64,000 nucleotides of DNA, taken from Polyangiales bacterium (GTDB lineage Bacteria; Myxococcota_A; Polyangia; Polyangiales; Polyangiaceae). The DNA lies in assembly GCA_038231275.1 (NCBI GenBank), contig JBBRLQ010000016.1:1-64000 (forward strand), in the 5' to 3' direction. The notes under the pieces were generated by a model, which was not told the DNA's origin, ran no database searches, and was given only the letters and a program-made list of their open reading frames with translations. Position numbers and translations under genes: made by a program. Shown piece by piece: positions 37,680-45,988 of this stretch (position 1 is the stretch's first letter; each line of letters starts with the position of its first letter).

Positions 37680-38702
37680 TCAGACATTCGCGCTCTGGCC
37701 GCCGAGCCGTACGCGCGACGAGAGGCGACCGATACCGCGGACGATTCGACCGGCGCCTTGGATGAACGCCTCCATTCCGCGCGCCTCGTAGTGCTCGGCC
37801 GGGCCGGGGAGCGTGGACACGGATCCCGCAGGGTAGCGCTCGTCACCAAAACGCGAGCCGTACTCGGGGATGGGTCTGAGAAAGGTGCAACCCTTGCTGA
37901 CCGCGAGCCTGTCGAGCTCCTCGCCGCCGTAGCTGTGGAGCCACGACTTGTAGAGGTAGTTCTCCGGGTACCCGACGAGGTCGCGATGCTTGTCGATGTA
38001 CCGCTTCAGGTGCGCGTCGTCGAGCCCGTACGTGATGAACGCGGCAAGGCGCGTGCACGGCTCGGGAATCCGCAGCGCCTTCGGAAGACGGGCCTCGAAC
38101 CGCGGTTGCAGCGGCAACCACGGAGCCCCGCGCAACCGGACGGTGTGGCCGCTATGCGTCGTGCGAAGACTCCAAATGACGACATCGCCCGGGCGCGTCG
38201 GCACCGCGACGATGGCTCCTGTAGTGACGTCCGGAAAGAGGTGCGAGCCACGACGCACCTTGAGCCCACCGCTGAAGCGCTCGTGGTCTTGCAGGTAGAT
38301 GCCCATCCGGAGCAGCGTGTAAGGCGACTGCCAATCGGGATGCGAGGCGCGGTCCCGGACGGAGTTGTCCTTGTGGTATCCGCGAATGTCGCCGCCCACC
38401 ATGACCGAGCTGTCCCCGAAGTAAACGAGTCCGTCCCTGCCAAGGAGAGTGCGCGCGACCCTGAGGAGGCGATCGTCGAAGACGATGGAGCGAAGGCCTT
38501 CACGGCCCTGGAGGTCACCGACCGGTACGATCTCGTCGCCCTTCGCCTCGAACATCCGCCCCAGGCGCTTCGCCCTCTCGGCTTCGCGAACGACCGCGGC
38601 GCGGAAGCCGTCTATCTCGGACGGGGAGAAGACCGACCGCGCGATGACGAAGCCATCGCGCTGAAATTGAAGGAAAAAATCCGCGGGGAGCTGCATGTCC
38701 AT
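37680..38702 (-). CDS. Phytanoyl-CoA dioxygenase (PhyH)-like Fe/2OG dioxygenase
   Basis: FQRDGF, HKD, GGLKVRRGSH, PGDVVIW..THSG. Confidence 0.82.
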   Translation of the reverse strand: MDMQLPADFFLQFQRDGFVIARSVFSPSEIDGFRAAVVREAERAKRLGRMFEAKGDEIVPVGDLQGREGLRSIVFDDRLLRVARTLLGRDGLVYFGDSSVMVGGDIRGYHKDNSVRDRASHPDWQSPYTLLRMGIYLQDHERFSGGLKVRRGSHLFPDVTTGAIVAVPTRPGDVVIWSLRTTHSGHTVRLRGAPWLPLQPRFEARLPKALRIPEPCTRLAAFITYGLDDAHLKRYIDKHRDLVGYPENYLYKSWLHSYGGEELDRLAVSKGCTFLRPIPEYGSRFGDERYPAGSVSTLPGPAEHYEARGMEAFIQGAGRIVRGIGRLSSRVRLGGQSANV

Positions 38703-38854
38703 GATCTCGGCGAGAGCTTAGCGCATCGGGGCGGCTAGACAATGGCGGGGCGTCGGCGAGTCCTACGGGCTGCACCGACTCCTGCGACTTGGTTGCACCG
38801 GATCGGCGGCGGATTCGAGCGGGGTCGACGGAGGGGACTTGGCCGGCTCTCGAG

Positions 38855-40144
38855 TCACGGCGTGACGTCGCGCAGGAGACCGGCGGCCGAGAGCTTCTCG
38901 AGGGTTGTGAGCAACGTGGGGGCATACACTCCAATTCGGTCGCAGATCCCGATCAGGTCATTGGTCCCGTCTGCGTACGCGAGGAAGTCCATCATGGCTC
39001 GCGCCGGAACGCCCGATTTCTTGATGCTGAGATTCGGGTATAGACCGCGCTTTCCGAGCTGCGGCTCACACGGCGTAGTCGTCTGGTAAATGCGGTTGGC
39101 CTCGAGGAGCGTAATCATGTCCGTATACACATCATACGTTCCGCCTAGCCCGATCGCCGTCACCAGTTTCAGGTCATCGAGCGACGTATGGTATTCGGGA
39201 AACTTTCCGTACTTGGTTCGCATGACCGACGCGACCGGGAGATCCACGCCGGGACTGCAGTATTGGCGCTCGTCACTTCCGCGATCCAAGAACGTGTAGC
39301 GGACGAAATCGGAGCACCTGTGACCGAGAACGTGCACTGCCACACGATCGCTGATCGTGCTCCCGTAGCGAGACGGCAAATAAGAGAAAGCGCGTTCGTC
39401 TCCCACGCACGTCAGCACGAAGCCTGCGTGAGTATTCCGTTTCATCGCCTCCAAATTGCGACTCAAATAGACGACCGCGCCGATGGTCTCGGGCACGAAT
39501 ACGATTCGATAGGTATAGCGACGCTCGGGGAGCGTGAGCAGCCACTTTGCAAGGCCGACCGCGAGCACGGGGCCCGAGAGCTCGTTGTTGGCCATCGAGG
39601 GATGACATACGTAGGTCGACAGCAGCACCTCTCTGTCTGTCCGACCTGGAAGGATCAGCTCCGCGTAATTCAAGACACCAGAGGTCAGTGTGCTGTCGAT
39701 CTTCACGCGATAGCGTCCAGGCTTCAGCCTTTGACGGGCCTCGTGAGAGATGCAGAACCCCCAGAAGGGCTTGTAGTACGACGTAACGTAGGGGATCGCG
39801 CTCGGCTGTTCTGGCAACGAGAACAGGTGTGAGTTCAGCTCGTCCCACTCGACTTCCTGATCAATGGGAGTGGAATAGCCGACGACGTGAAGATTGTTCC
39901 GCTGGAAATCGACGACACGGTTGCCTTCCAGGTCGGCGACGTACCCGTCGCGAATGTTCCATTCCGCGGGGACCTCCCAATCGAAGCACTTCGTTCCCGA
40001 TGGGACGTCGATGCGTACGAGCCCCGGTAGCTCGCGCTCCAGAACATCGAGGGTTTGCCGCACGCCTGCGCCCGTCAGGCTGCGGCAAATCGGAAAGAGC
40101 TCGGTGGCGAGCCGATGCATCCGCTCACCGGGAGTCTCGGACAT
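38855..40144 (-). CDS. DUF4910 aminopeptidase-like protein (M28-related, with C-terminal wHTH)
   Basis: LFPICRSLTG, FDWEVP.EW, IPYVTSYY..WGFC, STYVCHPSMANNELSG, GSDERQY, YHTS.D, EPQLGKRGLY. Confidence 0.92.
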   Translation of the reverse strand: MSETPGERMHRLATELFPICRSLTGAGVRQTLDVLERELPGLVRIDVPSGTKCFDWEVPAEWNIRDGYVADLEGNRVVDFQRNNLHVVGYSTPIDQEVEWDELNSHLFSLPEQPSAIPYVTSYYKPFWGFCISHEARQRLKPGRYRVKIDSTLTSGVLNYAELILPGRTDREVLLSTYVCHPSMANNELSGPVLAVGLAKWLLTLPERRYTYRIVFVPETIGAVVYLSRNLEAMKRNTHAGFVLTCVGDERAFSYLPSRYGSTISDRVAVHVLGHRCSDFVRYTFLDRGSDERQYCSPGVDLPVASVMRTKYGKFPEYHTSLDDLKLVTAIGLGGTYDVYTDMITLLEANRIYQTTTPCEPQLGKRGLYPNLSIKKSGVPARAMMDFLAYADGTNDLIGICDRIGVYAPTLLTTLEKLSAAGLLRDVTP

Positions 40145-41017
40145 CTAGGCGCCCTTTTTCGTTGCCTCGACGACGTAGGCTGAGCAAAGAAACATGCCGC
40201 GCCAGCCAGAAGTCTCGCGTTCGAGGTTGAAGGCTTCCTCGCGGAACCTTGGGCCCAAGCGCTTTTCGATCATCGGAGGTGCGGGATGATAGTGGTACCA
40301 GCGGAGCTCGACGTTCTCAAAGCCGTTGCGAGTGAAGAGGTCTTGCATCTCCATCGGGTTGTGAAACTTCGAGAGGATGCTGTCGTACTCGCGCACCGGC
40401 GGCATGTCGGTCGCCAATCGCGGCGCGATGTCCGCGACCACAGCGTCCTTCACATCGGCAGAGACGTTGGCAAGCAGGTCATCCCGGATGAATTCCAGCG
40501 TGTAGCGATTGAAAGTAAAGAGGGAGAACAACTTGTTTCGGAATTCGATGAACGCCGAGCCACCAGGCCGAAGAAGCGAAGCGAAATTCTTCATCACAAC
40601 GTCGTCATCGGTCACGTGCGGCATCACGCCCATTGCGACAACGGAATCGAAGGGCCCACTTGCAGTCGCATTCGCGTAGGTGTTGGAATCCTGGATATCT
40701 CCCAAAGATATTTTTGCCGGATCAAGACCGCCGGTGGCCACGTTCGCCTTCGCCCGCTCGACCATCGCTGCTGAGATATCGAAGCCCCAGGCGTCATCGG
40801 CTGCCACTGCTCTTGCCAGCGTCACGAGCGGCGTCCCTTCCCCGACTCCAACTTCCATGATGCGCTTTACGCCCTTTGCCGTCATCGACTTGACGAGCAT
40901 TTGGAGTCGGAAGTAGTTCGCGGGGTACACAGCGGATGTATAGAGATTTTCTCGCTGATACTGTTCGTGATAGGTCGCTGCGGTCGCGTCGTAGTGCGAA
41001 GAAACGGACTTGGTCAT
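40145..41017 (-). CDS. Class I SAM methyltransferase
   Basis: YPANYFR, EVGVGEG, GFDIS, MGVMPH, LLRPGG. Confidence 0.88.
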   Translation of the reverse strand: MTKSVSSHYDATAATYHEQYQRENLYTSAVYPANYFRLQMLVKSMTAKGVKRIMEVGVGEGTPLVTLARAVAADDAWGFDISAAMVERAKANVATGGLDPAKISLGDIQDSNTYANATASGPFDSVVAMGVMPHVTDDDVVMKNFASLLRPGGSAFIEFRNKLFSLFTFNRYTLEFIRDDLLANVSADVKDAVVADIAPRLATDMPPVREYDSILSKFHNPMEMQDLFTRNGFENVELRWYHYHPAPPMIEKRLGPRFREEAFNLERETSGWRGMFLCSAYVVEATKKGA

Positions 41018-41143
41018 AGCAAGGAGCCTCCCACGGTACGCGGCAGTGTAAGCAGATTCTGTCGGGATGCAAGACTCCCCGTTTTCGCGTGCATCCCCGC
41101 GCCAGGCACGGGGAGCTCCCCTGATCTATCCTCGGGCGAAACG

Positions 41144-43198
41144 CTACGCGTGAGGCCGAGGCGACGGTCGCCTCCTGCGGCGGCGCGCGAGGGCGAGCCC
41201 CGCGACGACGAGCGAGCCGAAGAGCCCGGGAGTCGTGTCGCTCGACGGCGCGGAAGAGCATCCGCCTTGATCGCCGCCACCCGCGTCGTTGCCGTTCACG
41301 CCGGAATCGCCGCCGCTGCCACCCGTGCCCGAGCTACTCAAGCCACCGGCGCTACTCGAGCCACCCGAGCTACTCGAGCCACCCGAGCCACCCGAGCTAC
41401 TCGACGAGGACCCTCCGCCCGAGTCCGCAAGCGTCGCGTCGTCTCCGCTGTCGCCCTGGGACCCGTCCGGCGCCGTCGCCGCGTCCTGGCCTGCATCGGC
41501 CACGCCCGCGTCGGAGGTGCCTCCGTCAGGCATACCTGCCTCGCCGCCTCCCGCGTCCGCGGCGCCGCCGTCGCCCGCACCACCGTCGCCAACGACTGCC
41601 GGGTTGATCGTGAAGAGCGAGGCCCCCAAAAGGAGGTACCACTGGCCACCGAAATAGACCGGGCGACCCGAAGTGTGGCTCGTCACGGTGACGGGCGGCA
41701 CGCCGGCGCGACCGAGATAACGCACGCCACCGACGAGGTACACGATCGTGCCGTCGTCGGAGAGGCCGTCGAGCTGCGTCTTCGCGAGAAACGCGCTAGC
41801 GATCGCGACCGTGCCGCTTGGGCTTCGCGTGTAGGCGATGATCTGATTACTGAAGACGTCGGTGTATGCGACCCAGCCATTCGCGACGCGGTAGTCGATG
41901 CCGGGGGCCTGCTCAGTAAAGTTGAAGTCTACAGTTCCGGAGAGCGGGGTCTCCGTATTCGTTGCGTTGCTCCAGAGGAGCAGGGGGACACGAGAGAGTG
42001 GCGCCGAGTGACGGATGTAGACGATGTTGACGCCGTCCGTGACGGCTCCGCGCGGAACGGGTGGCGAGACCGCGAGCATGGCGAGGCTGCCAGCGCGCCA
42101 ACGCCAAAGGTGCTGACCGGTGACGGGCAGAATGCCAACACCGGTGATCGCCACATCCCCGTTGGGCGCGACGTCGAACGACGTCGGCGATGCGTTGGGA
42201 GCGATGTCTGTGATCGTGTTGCCGAGGACGTCGTCCATCCAAACGCCTTGGCCCTGCAGAGCGTCCCACCATGCCGCAACGTCGCCCGAAGCTCTAAGGG
42301 CCGATGGTGCGTAGGCCGTGTTTGTGCTGAGCACGCCGCTACGCCATTGCCCACGCGCCCAGATCGCGCCGAGCGACGTCAGATGCCCGCCCGAGCCCGC
42401 GGCTCCGGCGCCGAGCGGCGTATCGGCGCCACCGGCCCGCGGTCGAATGACGTAGCCACCCGTTCCGCCAAACAGGATCCGCGTCGCGTCGAAGTCGTCG
42501 ATGGGGCCGTCGGCGTGGAGCACCTCCGTGAGCGCGGCGCTGGTGTCGATGTAAATGGGGACTTGGAGCGATGTCGTAGCGCCGAGGTTGTCGGTGCCGA
42601 CCAAATAGATCGTGTTCGAGCCGTCCGCCGCAGCGAGCGCCACCGTCTGATCGAGCGGTCCGGCGGAGCTGGCCAATGGCGTTCCGCCCGATGCTCCGAG
42701 ATATGCCGCAATACTCGCGCAAGTCCCGTCGGGATCCGAGCACGTCGCCTGCAAGCGGATGGTCGGCCGCGCGACGAATCCGGTCACCATGGATGTCGTC
42801 ACGACAGGCGGCTTGTTCGGCGGCGGCGGAGATGGTGGCGGCGCATACGTAAGGCCCACGCTCGCGCTCCCGGTGCCGCCCGCAGAATCCGTGGCCACGG
42901 CGCTCACGGTGAAGGGGCCGGCTGGAAGCGACGCGAGGTCCAGCGAGCCGGCCCACGTCGTGCCGTTGGAGGACGTAAGACTTGCGCCAAGGCTCCCCGT
43001 TTGCGCGTGCACGCCCGTGACGAGGAAAGTGGAGCTCAGCGTCACGGTGATCGGCAGGGTCGCCGAAGTGATGGTGCTGCCGTCGGTTGGGGTCACGAAG
43101 GTGACGGAAATCGCGGCCTGCGCCGGCCGCACGCCCAGGAAGAGCCCGAGCGCCACGACCATCGTAAGGACGAGGCGCAGGACTCTCGGGGGGACCAT
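41144..43198 (-). CDS. MYXO-CTERM surface protein with Ig-like domains and propeller-like region
   Basis: Signal peptide; Ig-like TFVTPTDG..VSAVATDSAG; G/S linker; C-terminal GGCSSAP..LVVAGLALARRRRRR. Confidence 0.85.
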   Translation of the reverse strand: MVPPRVLRLVLTMVVALGLFLGVRPAQAAISVTFVTPTDGSTITSATLPITVTLSSTFLVTGVHAQTGSLGASLTSSNGTTWAGSLDLASLPAGPFTVSAVATDSAGGTGSASVGLTYAPPPSPPPPNKPPVVTTSMVTGFVARPTIRLQATCSDPDGTCASIAAYLGASGGTPLASSAGPLDQTVALAAADGSNTIYLVGTDNLGATTSLQVPIYIDTSAALTEVLHADGPIDDFDATRILFGGTGGYVIRPRAGGADTPLGAGAAGSGGHLTSLGAIWARGQWRSGVLSTNTAYAPSALRASGDVAAWWDALQGQGVWMDDVLGNTITDIAPNASPTSFDVAPNGDVAITGVGILPVTGQHLWRWRAGSLAMLAVSPPVPRGAVTDGVNIVYIRHSAPLSRVPLLLWSNATNTETPLSGTVDFNFTEQAPGIDYRVANGWVAYTDVFSNQIIAYTRSPSGTVAIASAFLAKTQLDGLSDDGTIVYLVGGVRYLGRAGVPPVTVTSHTSGRPVYFGGQWYLLLGASLFTINPAVVGDGGAGDGGAADAGGGEAGMPDGGTSDAGVADAGQDAATAPDGSQGDSGDDATLADSGGGSSSSSSGGSGGSSSSGGSSSAGGLSSSGTGGSGGDSGVNGNDAGGGDQGGCSSAPSSDTTPGLFGSLVVAGLALARRRRRRPSPRPHA
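41331..41404. repeat. Tandem 9/18-bp coding repeat (Gly/Ser linker)
   Basis: Repeated gagctactcgagccaccc units. Confidence 0.75.
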
Positions 43199-43380
43199 CG
43201 AACAGCTCCATGGGGGCGCGCTCGTGTTCGGATCACGAAAGCGCAAGCGACGGGGACCACCGTACCGCACCGCACGGGCAGTGCTCCGCGTGGCCCTACA
43301 CAAAGAATAGCACGCAGTCGCGGCGGCAGATCTATGTAGTCGGTTGCGATGTAGCTTCGCGATGACGCGGAGCGCGACTC

Positions 43381-44436
43381 GTGCTCGTAAGCCGAACTCC
43401 TAGGCTGGAGGAACCTTTGCGTCGAAGCTCGCGGACCCGACGTCACGTGCTCCACCCTGCCGGCGCGGCGCTGGCGACGGCCGCGCGTCTGCTGGCGGCG
43501 CCGGGCGAGGCCGCCGCCGACGAAGCGTCGATCCCGGTCCGCCTCGACTATGCGGCCGACGCGCCTTGCCCGACGCGCGACGCGTTCTTCGAAGAGATCC
43601 GCACGCGCGCGCCGCGAATCCGTGCCGCCGGCGACGGCGAGGCTGCGTACGCGGTGCGGGTTGACGTCACGGCAATCGCCGCGCGCGGCGCGGACGGGCC
43701 AGGGCTCGCCGGGAAGATTGCGCTCGTCGATTTGGACGGCAACAAGTCGTTCCGGACCATCGAGGGCACGGCGTGCGAGGACATCGCGCTCGCGCTCGCG
43801 CTCGTGGTTGCGCTCGACGTGACCGGAATGGCGGTCGTGCCGCCAACGACGCCCTCGATTGCACCGGCGCCTGATGCGCGACCGCCTGCACGGGACCTTG
43901 CCACCGCAGCGGCAGGGCCAAGGTGGTTGCCTGACGTCGCCCTGCTCGGCGGCGCTCGAACTGGCGTCGCGCCCGTGCTTGCGCCGGCAGGCATCCTGTC
44001 GGTGGGCCTCGAGCACACGTCGCTCTGGAGACCGGTCCTACGAATAAGCGCGTCGTACGCTTCGGCGGACACGGCGGGGTCGAACGACACCGTGACGCTC
44101 AGGCTCGCGACCGTCGCCGCAGACGGATGCAGCGCACGCGCGCGGTTCTTCGAAGGTCGCGTGACCCTGATCCCCTGCCTGCGGGCCGAGGCAGGCTTTC
44201 ACCTGGGCGAAATTCACCCGAACGGGCTCGGCATTGCGGGGGCGCCTTGGTTCGCGCTCGGCGCGGTAGGTCAAGCGCACCTCATCCTGCTCGAGGGCGT
44301 TTTCGCGGTGGTCGAGGTGTCGGGACTCTTCCCGACGTGGCGAACCCGCTTCCTCGAAGGAAGCTCGACTTCCTCAGTATTTTCATCGCCTTCGTTCGTT
44401 GCCGGTGGCGCCGGGGGAGTCGGCGTTACGTTTTGA
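43381..44436 (+). CDS. Secreted protein, N-terminal Cys-pair domain plus probable C-terminal beta-barrel
   Basis: VRLDY..CP..RTIEGTACEDIALALAL, Pro linker, alternating strands ending GVGVTF; start uncertain. Confidence 0.7.
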   Translation: MLVSRTPRLEEPLRRSSRTRRHVLHPAGAALATAARLLAAPGEAAADEASIPVRLDYAADAPCPTRDAFFEEIRTRAPRIRAAGDGEAAYAVRVDVTAIAARGADGPGLAGKIALVDLDGNKSFRTIEGTACEDIALALALVVALDVTGMAVVPPTTPSIAPAPDARPPARDLATAAAGPRWLPDVALLGGARTGVAPVLAPAGILSVGLEHTSLWRPVLRISASYASADTAGSNDTVTLRLATVAADGCSARARFFEGRVTLIPCLRAEAGFHLGEIHPNGLGIAGAPWFALGAVGQAHLILLEGVFAVVEVSGLFPTWRTRFLEGSSTSSVFSSPSFVAGGAGGVGVTF

Positions 44437-44507
44437 TGATCCGACTGGCCGCCGTCTCCCATTGCCGGATTGGACGGACCACCATGAACGGCGGAGTGTA
44501 GAGGTCG

Positions 44508-45104
44508 ATGCTTGCCCTCGCGAACGAGCCGGGTAGTGGCGGCGCGATGATGCCAGTGCGCGTCGCGACGGTCTCTCGCGAGGCGTCATTCCGAAGTCTC
44601 TTCGAGGAGCACTACGAGTTCATCTGGCGTCAGCTTCGGCGCCTCGGCGTCCACGAGGATCAGGTCGACGACGCGGCGCAAGAGGTGTTCATCGTCGCCG
44701 CCCGGCGGCTCGGGGATATTCGTGAGGGCGCGGAGCGGGCGTTCCTCTTCGGGATCGCGCGACGCGTCGCCTCGGACGTTCGCAGATCGCGCCAGACCCG
44801 GACTGGACTCCTCTCCGTCCCTCTGGCGCGCGACGCAGCCGATCCCGCGCCGAGCCCGGAGCAAGACGTGCAGCGCCATCGCACGCAAGCGTTACTAGAC
44901 GCCGCGCTCGACGACATGAACGACGAGACGCGCGAAGTGTTCATCCTGTTCGAGCTTGAAGAGCTCTCGCGCTCGCAGATCGCACAGCTGCTCGGTCTCC
45001 CCGAGGGCACCGTCGCGTCCCGCCTGCGTCGCGCGCGGGAAGAGTTCAGCGCGATCGTCAACCGCGCGCAGTGCAAGCTCGAAGTGGGCGGAGGTTCACC
45101 GTGA
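44508..45104 (+). CDS. ECF-family RNA polymerase sigma factor
   Basis: DDAAQEVF, RAFLFGIARR, REVFILFELEELS..IA..LGLPEGTVASRLRRAR. Confidence 0.95.
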   Translation: MLALANEPGSGGAMMPVRVATVSREASFRSLFEEHYEFIWRQLRRLGVHEDQVDDAAQEVFIVAARRLGDIREGAERAFLFGIARRVASDVRRSRQTRTGLLSVPLARDAADPAPSPEQDVQRHRTQALLDAALDDMNDETREVFILFELEELSRSQIAQLLGLPEGTVASRLRRAREEFSAIVNRAQCKLEVGGGSP

Positions 45105-45976
45105 AGCGCATTCGTGAAGAGCGCCCCGAAAGCGTCGAAGCACTGCTGCTCGGCGCCGACAAAGACCGCGCGCCATCGCCTGCGGCCCGCGCGCGCGCCC
45201 TCGAGGCCGCGATGCTTGTGGTCGGCGGCTCAGGCGGCGTCGATATCGGGGGCAAGGCCGGAGTCAATTCAGGAGCGGGGTCGGCCACGACCGGTGCGGT
45301 CGCGCCGAAGACGGCTACCGTGATCGCGTGGAAAGGTTGGGCGCTCGCGGCACTCTTGGGCACCGGCGCGATCGCGGGTGGCGCGATCGTCACGCGCGAT
45401 GCACATGAACCCTCTCCTGCGGTGAGCACAGTTGCGCGGCCGCCCGCCCCAAGCTCTAAACAGGAAGCGCGCGCCGCGGGCGCAGCTCCTGCACTCGAGC
45501 CTGAACCCCCAATCCGGCCCTCGCCCGCAACACAGGTTGTCGCGGATGCGCGTCGTCCGCCCCCGGTCGCGCCGGCTGCAAACCCAGCCCCGCCCTTCGC
45601 GAGCGCGCCCTCAATCACCGTCGCACCACCCGCAACGACGCCGACCGCCGATCTCTCCGGCGAAGTCCGCGCGGTTGACGCCGCGCGCGCTGCGCTGGTC
45701 GCGCACGACGCGACGGGGGCGCTCGCGCTACTGGACGACTACGATCGTCGCTACACGTCCGGATCGCTCGCGCGCGAAGCGGCGCTCCTCCGCACCGAGG
45801 CGCTGATGGCCCATGGCGATCGGGCGGAAGCGGTTCGTCGGGCTCAAGACCTGCTCGCGCAGTCGCCAGATGGGCCGTACCGCGCTCGCCTCAAGAAGGT
45901 GCTCGACGAAGGAAACGCGGCGAAGACGCCCGGCGCTTTCGGTGATCCGAAGCCGACGGCGTCGTCCATTCCATGA
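45101..45976 (+). CDS. Putative anti-sigma factor (TM, Pro-rich linker, C-terminal TPR-like)
   Basis: GTGA coupling to the sigma gene; single TM; LSGEVRAVDAAR..GSLAREAALLR..SP motif. Confidence 0.75.
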   Translation: MKRIREERPESVEALLLGADKDRAPSPAARARALEAAMLVVGGSGGVDIGGKAGVNSGAGSATTGAVAPKTATVIAWKGWALAALLGTGAIAGGAIVTRDAHEPSPAVSTVARPPAPSSKQEARAAGAAPALEPEPPIRPSPATQVVADARRPPPVAPAANPAPPFASAPSITVAPPATTPTADLSGEVRAVDAARAALVAHDATGALALLDDYDRRYTSGSLAREAALLRTEALMAHGDRAEAVRRAQDLLAQSPDGPYRARLKKVLDEGNAAKTPGAFGDPKPTASSIP

Positions 45977-45988
45977 GCAGAAGACGCC

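Noticed and set aside
41091..41105. Sigma54 promoter (TGGCGC..TGC on the minus strand)
   Set aside because: GG-to-GC spacing is 9 nt, not the required 10.
41331..41404. CRISPR-like or contingency repeat
   Set aside because: In-frame Gly/Ser linker repeats without unique spacers; no cas genes.
40901..43339. 812-aa plus-strand ORF and similar long Arg/Ala-rich ORFs (e.g. 10..573, 9760..11106, 61400..63283)
   Set aside because: Shadow or antisense frames of well-supported genes in high-GC DNA, with no recognisable motifs.
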